DNA of 64,000 nt, from assembly GCA_947474495.1 (NCBI GenBank), contig CANJIM010000002.1, positions 14,978 through 78,977 of the forward strand, written 5' to 3'. The position numbers and the translations under genes were made by a program. The notes under the pieces are model-generated. The model was not told the DNA's origin, did no database searches, and was given only the letters and a program-made list of their open reading frames with translations. This stretch comes from Rhodospirillaceae bacterium (lineage in GTDB: Bacteria; Pseudomonadota; Alphaproteobacteria; SMXQ01). Below are positions 28,764 to 38,935 of the stretch, in pieces (position 1 is the stretch's first letter; the number at the start of each line of letters is the position of its first letter).

Positions 28764-30491
28764 TTACTTCTTGTCGCTTTCCTTGGCGCGATTGAGCGCG
28801 GCGCCGAGGATGTCGCCCAGGCTCGCGCCCGAGTCCGACGAACCGTACTGCGCCATCGCCTGCTTCTCGTCGGCGATCTCATGCGCCTTGACCGACAGCG
28901 TCAGCTTGCGGCTGACGCGGTCCATCGTGAGCACCTGAGCGTCGAGCTTCTCGCCGACGGCGAAACGCTCGGGACGCTGACCGTCGCGCTCTTTGGCGAG
29001 GTCGGCCTTGCGGATGAAGCCCGGCGCGCCGCTTTCCAGCTCGACGTCGAGACCCTTGTCGCTGACGGCGGTGACCGTGCAGGTGACGATCTCGCCCTTC
29101 TTCAGCTCGGAGGTCTGGCCTTCGAACGGATCAGCGCCGAGCTGCTTGATGCCGAGCGAGATGCGCTCTTTCTCGGAGTCGATGTCGAGCACCTTCACCT
29201 TCACCATGTCGCCCTTCTTGTAGTCGGCGATGGCTTCGTCGCCGGCGCGCTTCCAGTCCAGGTCGGACAGGTGAACCATGCCGTCGATGTCGCCGGGCAG
29301 ACCAACAAACAGGCCGAACTCGGTGATGTTGCGGATTTCGCCTTCGATCTCGGTGCCCGGCGGATACTTGTCGGCGAAGGTCGCCCACGGGTTATCCAGG
29401 CACTGCTTGAGGCCGAGCGAGATGCGGCGCTTCACCGGATCGACGTCGAGGATCTGAACTTCGACTTCCTGGCTGGTGGAGACGATCTTGCCCGGATGGA
29501 CGTTCTTCTTGGTCCAGCTCATCTCGGAGACGTGGACGAGGGCTTCGACACCCGGCTCCAGCTCCACGAAGGCGCCGTAGTCGGTGATGTTGGTGACGCG
29601 ACCGGTGAACTTCGTGCCGGTCGGGTACTTGGCGGCGATGCCGTCCCACGGATCGGCTTCGAGCTGCTTCATGCCGAGCGAGATGCGCTGCGTTTCCGGG
29701 TTGAAGCGGATGACCTGGACCTTCACGGTCTGGCCGATATGCAGAGCTTCCGTCGGGTGGTTGATGCGCTTCCACGAGATGTCGGTGATGTGGAGCAGGC
29801 CGTCCACGCCGCCGAGATCGATGAAGGCGCCGTAGTCGGTGATGTTCTTAACCACGCCTTCGAGGATCTGGCCTTCCTTGAGGTTGGCGACCAGTTCGGT
29901 GCGGGCTTCGGCGCGGCTCTCTTCGAGCACGGCGCGGCGCGAGACGACGATGTTGCCGCGCGCGCGATCCATCTTGAGGATCTGGAACGGCTGCGGGCTG
30001 CCCATCAGCGGGCCGACGTCGCGCACCGGGCGGATGTCGACCTGGCTGCCGGGCAGGAAGGCGACGGCGCCGGAAAGATCGACGGTGAAGCCGCCTTTGA
30101 CGCGACCGAAGATCACGCCGTTGACGCGCTGCGCGTCCTTGAACGAACGCTCGAGCAGGGTCCAGGCTTCTTCGCGCTTGGCCTTCTCGCGCGAGAGCAT
30201 CGCCTCGCCGTTGCGGTCTTCGTAGCGCTCGAGATAGACGTCGACCTTGTCGCCGACCTTCACGTCGGCCTTCATGCCGGGGGCGGCAAATTCCTTGAGT
30301 TCAACGCGACCGGCCGACTTGAGGCCGACGTCGATGACGGCGACGTCGTTTTCGATGGCGATGATGGTGCCCTGAAGCACCGAACCCTCGACGGGTTCGT
30401 TGGCGCGGAAGACTTCGTTCAGCAGGTCAGCGAAGATTTCGCCGGTCGAGTAATTCTCGATCGCGGTCTCGGTATATTGTCTAGCAGCCAT
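28764..30491 (-). CDS. rpsA: 30S ribosomal protein S1
   Basis: 575 aa with six S1 domains. It has a long upstream leader (30492-30682), as is typical for autoregulated rpsA. Confidence 0.95.
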   Translation of the reverse strand: MAARQYTETAIENYSTGEIFADLLNEVFRANEPVEGSVLQGTIIAIENDVAVIDVGLKSAGRVELKEFAAPGMKADVKVGDKVDVYLERYEDRNGEAMLSREKAKREEAWTLLERSFKDAQRVNGVIFGRVKGGFTVDLSGAVAFLPGSQVDIRPVRDVGPLMGSPQPFQILKMDRARGNIVVSRRAVLEESRAEARTELVANLKEGQILEGVVKNITDYGAFIDLGGVDGLLHITDISWKRINHPTEALHIGQTVKVQVIRFNPETQRISLGMKQLEADPWDGIAAKYPTGTKFTGRVTNITDYGAFVELEPGVEALVHVSEMSWTKKNVHPGKIVSTSQEVEVQILDVDPVKRRISLGLKQCLDNPWATFADKYPPGTEIEGEIRNITEFGLFVGLPGDIDGMVHLSDLDWKRAGDEAIADYKKGDMVKVKVLDIDSEKERISLGIKQLGADPFEGQTSELKKGEIVTCTVTAVSDKGLDVELESGAPGFIRKADLAKERDGQRPERFAVGEKLDAQVLTMDRVSRKLTLSVKAHEIADEKQAMAQYGSSDSGASLGDILGAALNRAKESDKK

Positions 30492-30682
30492 TCGGTTGGT
30501 TCACTTTCTTGCCGACGGCAATCCGTTTGGAGGCCGGCGGCGGGGGCTCCCTCGTTCCGTTCCTATCCCGGCCGCACGGCCCCGCGATGCGGTGGCGATG
30601 TGCGGCGCGGTGCCGTTCATTGGAACGGCCGGACCGAGTACCAGGCTTACGCTTGGATTTTTCCGATCACGCGATCAGGCGA

Positions 30683-31330
30683 TCAACGAACTGTGTTGAT
30701 CCAGGATAGAGCGGCGGCGAACACTTGCTCCGCCGTCATGTCGCTCGTGTCCAGCAGGTGGGCATCGGGCGACGGGCGAAGCGGAGAGTTCGTCCGCTGG
30801 GTATCCAAGGCATCGCGCTCCAGGATGTCCCGCAGGACGGCGGCATATATAGCCCCAGTGCCCCGGCTCTGCAACTGGCCGACGCGCCGTTTGGCCCGTA
30901 TTTCCGGGGCTGCCGTGATGAAGAACTTATGCTCGGCGTTGGGGCAGACGACGGTTCCGATGTCGCGCCCGTCGATCACGGCGCCGGCCTTGCCGCCCGG
31001 CGGCCGGGCGGCGAAGTCATGCTGAAAGGCCAGCAAAGCGGCGCGGACGGGACCCAGCGCCGAGACCTTAGAGGCCATTAGGCCGGTCGCTTCTGCGTAC
31101 AGGTGGGGACTATTGAGGTCGGCAGCCCCCAGATGCTGCGCTGCCTCGGCGGCCTGCGCCTCGGTGGGAACGGTTAATCCGGCCCTCAGCAGTTTGGCGG
31201 CGACCGCCCGGTAGAGCCGACCGGTCTCCAGGTGGGCATAGTCGAAATGGGCCGCCAGCCGCTCGGATAGAGTGCCCTTGCCGGACGCCGCCGGGCCGTC
31301 GATGGCGATAATGACCGGTTTTGTCATCAA
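30683..31330 (-). CDS. cmk: Cytidylate kinase
   Basis: P-loop [13 protein letters not shown]. The start overlaps the aroA stop. Confidence 0.9.
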   Translation of the reverse strand: MMTKPVIIAIDGPAASGKGTLSERLAAHFDYAHLETGRLYRAVAAKLLRAGLTVPTEAQAAEAAQHLGAADLNSPHLYAEATGLMASKVSALGPVRAALLAFQHDFAARPPGGKAGAVIDGRDIGTVVCPNAEHKFFITAAPEIRAKRRVGQLQSRGTGAIYAAVLRDILERDALDTQRTNSPLRPSPDAHLLDTSDMTAEQVFAAALSWINTVR

Positions 31331-32694
31331 GCCGAGATTTTCGCGCCAAGGCCGGCCATCAGGGCCTCGAAGTCGGGGAAACTGGTGGCGATCGGGCCGC
31401 CGTCGTCCACCGTCACCGGCTTGTCAGCGGCGAGGCCGAGCACCAGGAAGGCCATGGCGATGCGGTGGTCGAGGCGGGTGGCGATGCGGCCGCCGCCGGG
31501 GATGGCGCCGCTGTTGCCATGGACGGTCAGCGTGTCGCCCTCGACCTCGGCTTTGACGCCGCAGGCGGCGAGGCCCTCGGCGATGGCGGTCAGGCGGTCG
31601 CTTTCTTTCACGCGCAGCTCGGCGAGACCGCGCATCACCGTGGTGCCGCTGGCGCAGGCGGCGGCGATGGCGAGGATAGGATATTCGTCGATCATCGACG
31701 GCGCGCGACCGGCCGGCACATCGACGCCCTTGAGCGGGCTGTGGCTGATGACGAGATCGGCGACCGGCTCGCCGGCTTCGTCGCGCACGTTGTCGTATTT
31801 GATGTCGGCGCCCATCTCCATCAGCGTGCGGTAGAGCCCGTCGCGCAGCGGATTGAGGCCGACATGGCGCAGCGTGACGCGCGAGCCCGGCACGATCAGC
31901 GCGGCGACAGCGGGAAAGGCGGCGGACGACGGGTCGCCGGCGACCCGCACTTCGCGCGCCATCAACTCGGGCTGACCGGTGAGCGCGATGCGGCGCGAAC
32001 CGTCGGCTTGGTCTTCGACCGAGAGTTCGGCGCCGAAGTGCTGCAGCATCAGCTCGGAATGATCGCGCGTCGGCTCGGGCTCGATCACCGTCGTGGTGCC
32101 CGGCGCGCAGAGGCCGGCGAACAGAATCGCCGATTTCACCTGCGCTGACGGCACCGGCAGCCTGTAAGTGACGGGCATCGGATCGCGCGTGCCGATCACC
32201 GTCATCGGCAGTTTGCCGCCGTCGCGCGTGATGAAGCGCGCGCCGAAGCCTTCGAGCGGTTTGGTGACGCGCGCCATCGGGCGCGAGCGCAGCGAGGCGT
32301 CGCCGGTGAATTGCGCGGTGATGGGATGGCCGGCGACGAGGCCGGAGAGCAGCCGCGCGCCGGTGCCGGAATTCCCCATGTCGATGACGTCGTCGGGCTC
32401 CTTCAGCGCGCCGAGGCCGACGCCCTGCACATGCCAGACGCCATCCGCGTCGCGATGCACCGTCGCGCCGAGCGCGGTCATGGCCTTGGCGGTATTGAGC
32501 ACGTCCTCGCCTTCGAGCAGGCCGTGGATCGTCGTTTCGCCGACGGCCACCGCGCCGATCATCAGCGCGCGATGCGAGATCGATTTGTCGCCCGGCACCC
32601 GTGCGCTGCCGGTCAGCGCGCCAGCCTTATGCGCCGTCAGGGGGCGGGGGGCGCTGACATGAGACGGCTTCGCGGTCTGAACGGGGGTCGCCAT
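31327..32694 (-). CDS. aroA: 3-phosphoshikimate 1-carboxyvinyltransferase (EPSP synthase)
   Basis: 455 aa; [11 protein letters not shown] motif. Confidence 0.9.
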   Translation of the reverse strand: MATPVQTAKPSHVSAPRPLTAHKAGALTGSARVPGDKSISHRALMIGAVAVGETTIHGLLEGEDVLNTAKAMTALGATVHRDADGVWHVQGVGLGALKEPDDVIDMGNSGTGARLLSGLVAGHPITAQFTGDASLRSRPMARVTKPLEGFGARFITRDGGKLPMTVIGTRDPMPVTYRLPVPSAQVKSAILFAGLCAPGTTTVIEPEPTRDHSELMLQHFGAELSVEDQADGSRRIALTGQPELMAREVRVAGDPSSAAFPAVAALIVPGSRVTLRHVGLNPLRDGLYRTLMEMGADIKYDNVRDEAGEPVADLVISHSPLKGVDVPAGRAPSMIDEYPILAIAAACASGTTVMRGLAELRVKESDRLTAIAEGLAACGVKAEVEGDTLTVHGNSGAIPGGGRIATRLDHRIAMAFLVLGLAADKPVTVDDGGPIATSFPDFEALMAGLGAKISA

Positions 32695-32923
32695 GAGAAA
32701 TCGCTCTTTTATAAAACCGGCCGCCGAAAAGGCCGCGGAACTGCGTTTATGGGGCGTTTGGCGCCCCGTCGGGAGGCGGTTATCGCACGGCCCGGCAGCG
32801 CGCGAAAATTACTTTTGACAGCCAGCGGCGATCATGGCAATTGGCACCGCTGCTGCTGCCTTGGAGATTGAGGCCGGCGGTTTGTAAGGCTTACGGCGGC
32901 GTTTCGCGGCCGGGCTATCGAGC

Positions 32924-33292
32924 ATGGTGGAGATCGAGCGCATGGTGAAGCCTGAGTTGGGCGTGAAACGCGTCTGCGGCAGTTGCGGCGCGAAGTTCTA
33001 CGACCTCAACCGCGATCCCATTCTCTGCCCCAAGTGCGGCACCGTGTTTGACGTGCAGGCCGCTCTCAAGCCGCGCCGCGCCAAGGCCGTGGCCGAGGAC
33101 AAGCCGGTGAAGCCCAAGAAGGTCGCCGCCGTGGTCGATCCCGACGAGGCGGATCTGCCCGAGGACGTGATCGACGCGGATGCCGACGATGATGAAGAGG
33201 AGGATGTCATCGAAGATACCTCCGAACTCGGCGAGGACGACGACGACGTGGCCGAGGTCATCGAGAAGGTCGACGACGAGGGCGACCGCTAA
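32924..33292 (+). CDS. TIGR02300 (FYDLN_acid) family zinc-ribbon protein with an acidic tail
   Basis: CGSCGAKFYDLN...CPKCG zinc ribbon followed by a D/E-rich C-terminus. The likely start is M at 32942. Confidence 0.6.
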   Translation: MVEIERMVKPELGVKRVCGSCGAKFYDLNRDPILCPKCGTVFDVQAALKPRRAKAVAEDKPVKPKKVAAVVDPDEADLPEDVIDADADDDEEEDVIEDTSELGEDDDDVAEVIEKVDDEGDR

Positions 33293-33473
33293 ACACCCGC
33301 CATCGCCCCGCTCCGGCGCAAGCCGTTGGCGGGGCAGGGTTTTCCGAACATCGCCGGCACCCGTTTTTCCGCTGGACGGACGATAGGGGCCCCCCTATGT
33401 TCTCCGCCCATCGCGCAGCCGCCCGCCGATCCCGCTCGGCGAAACAAAACAAGGCGCTACGCACCCGCGTTTC

Positions 33474-33549
<76 letters not shown>

Positions 33550-33556
33550 AATCGAC

Positions 33557-33590
33557 AGGCCCGGTCAGCAATGACCGGGCCTTTTCGTTT
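33557..33590 (+). terminator. Rho-independent terminator after tRNA-Ala
   Basis: AGGCCCGGTCA-gcaa-TGACCGGGCCT followed by TTTTCGTTT. Confidence 0.8.
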
Positions 33591-33607
33591 CGGCAGGTCG
33601 CGGCCGC

Positions 33608-34327
33608 TCAGACGCCGCGCGGCGCGATCGCGTTGGGGCCGGCGAGCCGGCCGCGGATCAGCGCGGCGTCCTCGGGTTTCATCACGCTGACCTCGGCCAT
33701 CAGCCGTTCGAATTCCAGGAAGTCGCGCGTCGCCTTGCAATAGACCACGTCGATCACCGTGTCGGGCGAGCCGCGTTCGTTGGTGTAAGAGCTGAGCATA
33801 CCGAGACGTAGGCCGGCTTGGGCGACGAAGCAGTAGCCTTTGTTTCCCGCCAGGGTGGCGACAGTCTTGTAGCCGAAGCTTTTATAAGCGCGCTTATGGT
33901 CGATCTTCGCCGGCGTCTCTTGCGACGCAACGCCCGACGACTTGAGGCGCGTCTCGACCAGAGCCTTGAACTTTTCGGCGTTGTCGATCGCGTCCGCGGT
34001 GGCGAGCGAGAAGAATCCGTCATCGACGCGCTGCGTCGCGATGATGCCGCTGCCGCTATTGTTCGGGCCGCGCAGACTGATCTCTTCGTTGATGCCGCGG
34101 TTGTCGCGAATGGTCCGTTCGACTTTGGCGATCATGCGCGGGTCGAGCCAAGCGCCGATGTTAAGATCGGTCTGGTCCGCTGTCAGTGCCTTGGGCTCGC
34201 TGAACGACATGATCCGCCCGCCCGCATCGCGCGGCCCATCGGTCACGCAAGCCGCGAGGCCCATCGCCGCACATAGGCTGGCCATTTTTAAAAAGGAAAT
34301 CATGACAGTCTCAAGTCTGTCGTTCAT
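33608..34327 (-). CDS. Hypothetical lipoprotein
   Basis: 239 aa with a signal peptide and a lipobox (LAAC). No recognisable domain. An AT-rich promoter region lies upstream. Confidence 0.55.
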   Translation of the reverse strand: MNDRLETVMISFLKMASLCAAMGLAACVTDGPRDAGGRIMSFSEPKALTADQTDLNIGAWLDPRMIAKVERTIRDNRGINEEISLRGPNNSGSGIIATQRVDDGFFSLATADAIDNAEKFKALVETRLKSSGVASQETPAKIDHKRAYKSFGYKTVATLAGNKGYCFVAQAGLRLGMLSSYTNERGSPDTVIDVVYCKATRDFLEFERLMAEVSVMKPEDAALIRGRLAGPNAIAPRGV

Positions 34328-34535
34328 CGCATCCCCCCGGAAATCGATCTCGCACGAATCTATTGATCTAACGTAGTTTTATTTAAAGTTTTCTGCGGCA
34401 CAAGCGCATGAAATATCATTCAATACGAACAGTAAAACCTCTGTCATTCATTGAGGTTTTCATACGGTTTTAAAGAAGACTTGATAGTCTTCTTGCAAAG
34501 ACGCGTCCGACGACACGCGTGGCACGCGATAATGC

Positions 34536-36515
34536 TTGGGGGATAGGATGGCCAGCATTACAGGCACGTCCGGCGCTGACGTTCTCACCGGAACGACGGG
34601 CGATGACATCATCGACGGTATGGCCGGCAATGACATTCTCGACGGCGGCCTCGGCGCCGATGTGCTCAATGGCGGCGCCGGCAAGGACACGCTCGACGGC
34701 GGCGCGGGTGCGGATGTCATGTCCGGCGGCGCTGACGGCGATACTTATTATGTCGATGACGCGGGCGATGTCGTCATCGAGGCGTATGAAGCGCCGAACA
34801 GCAATAACCCCAGCTACAATGCCGACAAGATTATCAGCTCGGTCAGCCTTGCCCTGCCCGACAATGTTGAGGTCATCACCTTGGCGGGCGGCGCGGATTT
34901 GAACGCGACGGCCAACAATGGCGGCAGCACGCTCAACGGCAATACCGGCAACAATATCCTGACCGGCGGCGCGGGCGCCGATCAGTTGGTCGGCGGCGCC
35001 GGCAACGACACGCTCTACGGCAATGGCGGCAACGACTCGCTGGATGGCGGCGCCGGGGCCGACACGATGGTGGGTGGCGCAGGCAGTGATATCTATGTCG
35101 TCGACAATATCGGCGATGTCGTCATCGAGGTGCCGAGCGATCCTTACTCCATGTTCAATAACGATATGGTCTATAGCAGCGTGTCCTTCGTGCTGCCGGA
35201 CTATGTCGAGGCACTCAGCCTGACGGGAAGCGGCAATGCCGATGGAGCTGGCAACACGCTCAACAATGCCATTTACGGCAATGCCGGAGACAATGTCCTG
35301 CGCGGTGAAGCCGGCGACGACACGCTCGGCGGCGCTGCCGGTAGCTCGCGCTGGTGGACAGAAGGCGCGAACGGGGTCGACACATTGATCGGCGGACTCG
35401 GCGACGACAGGTATTTCTACGGTGCCGAGGATTCGATCGTTGAGGATGTCAATGCCGGTAACGATACAATCGTCGCCGCCACGAACATCGATCTGGCGAA
35501 CTTCGCCAACTTCGAGAACATCACGCTTGAAGGCGCCATCGGAACCATTGTTCCAGGGCCGACGAATCTTATCGCCATCGGCAACGCGCTAGATAACATC
35601 CTCACCTCGCGCGACGGCAGCCACACGTTGATCGGCGGAGATGGCAACGACACTTACGATCTGCGTTCGCCTTACGTGACATACGACATCTCCAAAATTG
35701 TCGAAGAAGCCGACGAAGGTATCGACACGATCAAAGCCTTTTATCTGGCCAACGTGACCTTACCCGACAATGTCGATAATCTGTTCTTCAGCTCGAACAA
35801 TGTCGCGCTCACCGGCACCGGCAACGATCTCGACAATACTTTCTCGCTCGATTACCGCATGAGCACCGGCACCCAATATGGGACTGGGTTCAATGTGCTG
35901 AAAACCTTCTCGGGCCTGGACGGCGACGACACTTACAAGATCGATTTTTTCCAAACAGGCATCGTGGTTGTCGAAAACGCTAACCAAGGTATCGATACGG
36001 TCGAGAGCGCGCGCAGCTACACGCTGATGGCGAACGTCGAAAACTTGATTCTACAAGACGAGGGCGTGGCCGCGCCGGGCCTATTCGATCACAATATCTC
36101 CGGTACCGGCAACGCGCTCGACAACAGGATTTCCGGCAACAGCTACGACAATGTCTTGGCCGGGCTCGGCGGCGACGACCTTCTCGCGGGCCGTGGCGGC
36201 GACGACACCCTCAGCGGCGGCAGCGGCAGTGACATCTTCCTGTTCGGCGGTCAGGCTGGGGCCGATATCATTCTCGATTTCGGCACCGGCGACGTCATCG
36301 CGTTGAACGGCTATTCCGGTATCAGCAGCTTTGTCGACGTCCAGGCGCATATGACAGCGTCCGGCGCCGATACGCTGATCACGCTCGGAACGGACAAGCA
36401 AGTCCTGGTGAAGAACTTCGCCGCAGCCGATTTTCACAGCAGCGACTTCTCCATCAACGCGGCTTGGGGCGGCGCCTTCTTCTCCGTATTCACGGAGAAT
36501 CCAGAACTGGCCTGA
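34536..36515 (+). CDS. RTX-type calcium-binding repeat protein (hemolysin-type GGxGxD nonapeptide repeats)
   Basis: 659 aa with many GGAGxDxLxG nonapeptide repeats. These are arranged in about four ~130-150-aa modules, each ending in a YYVDDxGDVVIE...SSVSxxLPDxVE block. There is no N-terminal signal peptide, consistent with a type-I-secretion substrate. Confidence 0.8.
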   Translation: MGDRMASITGTSGADVLTGTTGDDIIDGMAGNDILDGGLGADVLNGGAGKDTLDGGAGADVMSGGADGDTYYVDDAGDVVIEAYEAPNSNNPSYNADKIISSVSLALPDNVEVITLAGGADLNATANNGGSTLNGNTGNNILTGGAGADQLVGGAGNDTLYGNGGNDSLDGGAGADTMVGGAGSDIYVVDNIGDVVIEVPSDPYSMFNNDMVYSSVSFVLPDYVEALSLTGSGNADGAGNTLNNAIYGNAGDNVLRGEAGDDTLGGAAGSSRWWTEGANGVDTLIGGLGDDRYFYGAEDSIVEDVNAGNDTIVAATNIDLANFANFENITLEGAIGTIVPGPTNLIAIGNALDNILTSRDGSHTLIGGDGNDTYDLRSPYVTYDISKIVEEADEGIDTIKAFYLANVTLPDNVDNLFFSSNNVALTGTGNDLDNTFSLDYRMSTGTQYGTGFNVLKTFSGLDGDDTYKIDFFQTGIVVVENANQGIDTVESARSYTLMANVENLILQDEGVAAPGLFDHNISGTGNALDNRISGNSYDNVLAGLGGDDLLAGRGGDDTLSGGSGSDIFLFGGQAGADIILDFGTGDVIALNGYSGISSFVDVQAHMTASGADTLITLGTDKQVLVKNFAAADFHSSDFSINAAWGGAFFSVFTENPELA

Positions 36516-36580
36516 GTTCTCGTTGAAACCTTCATCGACAGGGGCTCGGTTGGCGATCACCGGGCCTTTTTCGTTTCCGC

Positions 36581-37681
36581 TTAACACATCACCGGTCGCT
36601 CGCCCGGCACGACGTTGAGAGTCACGCGCTCAAGGCCATGCCCGGCGTTGCGCAAGGCGTCGACGCGCGTCGCTTGGCCGATGCGCTCGGCGGTCAGCCA
36701 GCGGTGCAAATCGTCCAATCCGCCGACCGGCTCGTTTTCGATGGCGACGATGACGTCGCCGAGTTTGAGGCCGGCGCGCGCCGCCGGACTGCCCTCTTCC
36801 AATGCGGCGACGCGCACGCCGCCTTCCTTGACGAGCTCCAGCGAGCGCGCGACGCGGCGCGGCAGCTGGATGTTCTGGCCGGCCACGCCGAGATGGCCGC
36901 GCCGCACCTTGCCGTGGCGCAGGATCTCGCCGAGCACGAAGCGCGCCGTGTTGCTGGCGATGGCGAAGCACAGTCCCTGCGCGCCGCGGATCACAGCGGT
37001 GTTGATGCCGACTACCGTGCCGTCCGCCGTCACCAGCGGGCCGCCCGAGTTGCCGGGGTTGAGTGCCGCGTCGGTCTGCAACACGTCGTCGATCAGCCGG
37101 CCCGCTTGGGCGCGCAAGGAGCGGCCGAGCGCGCTAACGACGCCGGCGGTCACCGTGCATTCGAAGCCGAGCGGATTGCCGATGGCGATGACCAGTTGGC
37201 CAACGCGCAAGGCCTGCGAATCGCCGAGCGGCGCCCAGCCGGCGCCTTTCAAGTCGCCATGGATGCGCAGCACCGCCAGATCGGTGTCGGGATCGTCGCC
37301 GACCAGATAGGCCGGCAGCACGCGCCCGTCATACAGCGTGGCGGTGATGCGCGTCGCGCCGCTCGCCACATGGCTGTTGGTCAGCACGAAGCCGTCGGGC
37401 GTGAAGATGACGCCCGAGCCGCTGCCCGCCACGACGTCGGGAATACCCTGAGGCGCGTTATCGTTGGCGCGTGCCGGATGCGGCTTGCTGACTTGCAGAT
37501 GGACGACGGCGGGCGCGGTGCGCGCGACGGCGCCGATCACCGCCTGGGAATAGGCATCGAGCAGCGCGCCGTCGCCCGCGCCATTGTGTGCGGGCGCCGC
37601 GCCGGCAGTCTCGGTCGCCTGGCCGTACTCATCGGACGATAGGGCGGCGGAGAGGAATTGGGCTTGCGGCAAATGGGTCAA
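36581..37681 (-). CDS. Trypsin-like serine protease with a PDZ domain (HtrA/DegP family, S1C)
   Basis: 366 aa with the catalytic His (TNSHV), Asp (DLAVL) and Ser (GNSGGP) and a C-terminal PDZ domain. GGAGG RBS. Confidence 0.8.
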   Translation of the reverse strand: MTHLPQAQFLSAALSSDEYGQATETAGAAPAHNGAGDGALLDAYSQAVIGAVARTAPAVVHLQVSKPHPARANDNAPQGIPDVVAGSGSGVIFTPDGFVLTNSHVASGATRITATLYDGRVLPAYLVGDDPDTDLAVLRIHGDLKGAGWAPLGDSQALRVGQLVIAIGNPLGFECTVTAGVVSALGRSLRAQAGRLIDDVLQTDAALNPGNSGGPLVTADGTVVGINTAVIRGAQGLCFAIASNTARFVLGEILRHGKVRRGHLGVAGQNIQLPRRVARSLELVKEGGVRVAALEEGSPAARAGLKLGDVIVAIENEPVGGLDDLHRWLTAERIGQATRVDALRNAGHGLERVTLNVVPGERPVMC

Positions 37682-37859
37682 GGAGTGCCTCCGAATAGGC
37701 GTCCCGCGAACTGATTTTGGGCGGGGCTGGCTGCGTATATGGGAAGGACAAAGCCGCTGCGCGAGAGCGGTTTCCGGCGAGTGACAGTTGTTTTCGCACT
37801 CTGGTTTGGCCCCCCTGGCCCCCCTTGTTCCGCCGCGCGCCGTTTCCTACATATGGACA

Positions 37860-37974
37860 GGACGGTGCCGGGAAACGGGCCGTCGGGCCGCAAGGCCGAA
37901 CCCGAGGCGCCCAAAGGCGCGCGGGGACCGGCCGCCGGTTCATATGTGATCTCGCTCATGCTGAGGAGTCGCCG
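37860..37974 (+). promoter_or_regulatory. Candidate ROSE-like RNA thermometer in the hsp20 leader
   Basis: The final hairpin (37948-37970) pairs TCTCGCTC with the SD GAGGAG, leaving a single bulged G opposite the SD. This is the hallmark of ROSE elements. Several GC hairpins (GGCC-GCAA-GGCC, GGCGCC-caaa-GGCGCG) lie upstream. Confidence 0.35.
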
Positions 37975-38454
37975 ATGCCTCGCCTCTCTTTGTTCAATAG
38001 CCCCCTCGTGCTCGGGTTCGACCATTTCGAGCGTGTGCTCGATCGCGTGTCGCGCAGCGCCACCGACGGCTACCCGCCGTACAATGTCGAGGAAACCGGC
38101 GCCAACCAGCTGCGCATCACCTTGGCGGTCGCCGGCTTCACGCTCGATGAACTCTCGGTCGGCGTCGAAGACAACGAGCTTGTCGTACGCGGCAAACAGG
38201 TCGACGACGAGAATCGCGTCTATCTCCATCGCGGTATCGCCGCGCGGCAGTTCCAGCGGCGCTTCGTGCTCGCCGAAGGCATCGAAGTGGTGGGTGCGGC
38301 GCTCGCCAATGGCCTGCTCAGCGTCGAGCTCGTCCGCCCGGAGATCGAGGCGCGCTCGCGCAGCGTCGAGATCCGCAATGGCGAAACCCGCGGCCAAAAT
38401 GGCGCCGCCGACCATGGCGCGATCCCGGTGGATCAGGCGCCCCGCAAAGCTTGA
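37975..38454 (+). CDS. Hsp20/alpha-crystallin-family small heat-shock protein
   Basis: 159 aa. The ATG at 37975 follows a GAGGAG RBS. The alpha-crystallin domain is recognisable (NVEETGANQLRITLAVAGF...LSVELVRPE). The upstream 258 nt of the ORF is leader. Confidence 0.85.
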   Translation: MPRLSLFNSPLVLGFDHFERVLDRVSRSATDGYPPYNVEETGANQLRITLAVAGFTLDELSVGVEDNELVVRGKQVDDENRVYLHRGIAARQFQRRFVLAEGIEVVGAALANGLLSVELVRPEIEARSRSVEIRNGETRGQNGAADHGAIPVDQAPRKA

Positions 38455-38607
38455 TGGGCACGGGATAATCCGGGGATTCCCTCGCGGAATCACCGGGCTG
38501 ATGAACTTAACCGGCCGTAAGTCGTTCACTTAATGGCCAGATGTCGCTTTAAGGCCCGCTTAAGCAATGCGGGGTACCGTACAGAGGCATCCAGGAAGGA
38601 GGCAGTT

Positions 38608-38826
38608 ATGAATACCGCCGCACACACTCTGCCGATCATGTCCGATCACGATCTGGCCTCGCTTGGGCTTCAGGAAGTGGCTTATGTGAAACCCGTGAAA
38701 GTCGAAGGCGCCAGCGTCTTCGGCGTGTACGCGGCCGACGGCACCGAAATCGCCATCCTCGCCGATCGTGACGTCGCCATGGCGGCGATCCGCCAGCACG
38801 ATCTCGCTCCAGTCAGCGTGCACTAA
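38608..38826 (+). CDS. DUF1150-family small protein
   Basis: 72 aa from MNTAAHTL after a GGAAGGAGG RBS. An hsp20-DUF1150 pairing is common in Rhizobiales. Confidence 0.6.
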   Translation: MNTAAHTLPIMSDHDLASLGLQEVAYVKPVKVEGASVFGVYAADGTEIAILADRDVAMAAIRQHDLAPVSVH

Positions 38827-38880
38827 CTCACGCCTGCGCGCGGCCTCGCGCGCGGCGGCTGAACCGAACGCCTGAAATAT

Positions 38881-38920
38881 AGCGGGCGCGCCCTCCAATC
38901 GAGGACGCGCCCGCTTTGTA
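38881..38920. terminator. Bidirectional terminator between the DUF1150 gene and ptsN
   Basis: AGCGGGCGCG-(15 nt)-CGCGCCCGCT followed by TTTGTATTT, with AAATAT upstream. Confidence 0.7.
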
Positions 38921-38935
38921 TTTACGAAGTGCTCG

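Noticed and set aside
34536-36515. CRISPR-like or non-coding tandem repeat
   Set aside because: The periodic repeats here are in-frame protein repeats (RTX nonapeptides and ~140-aa super-repeats) inside one long ORF. There are no spacer-repeat units and no cas genes anywhere in the window.
37823-37856. RpoH (sigma-32) promoter upstream of hsp20
   Set aside because: CTTGTTC-N15-CCTACATAT only loosely resembles the alphaproteobacterial RpoH consensus (CTTG-N17-CYTATNT). I mention it only as context for the ROSE candidate.
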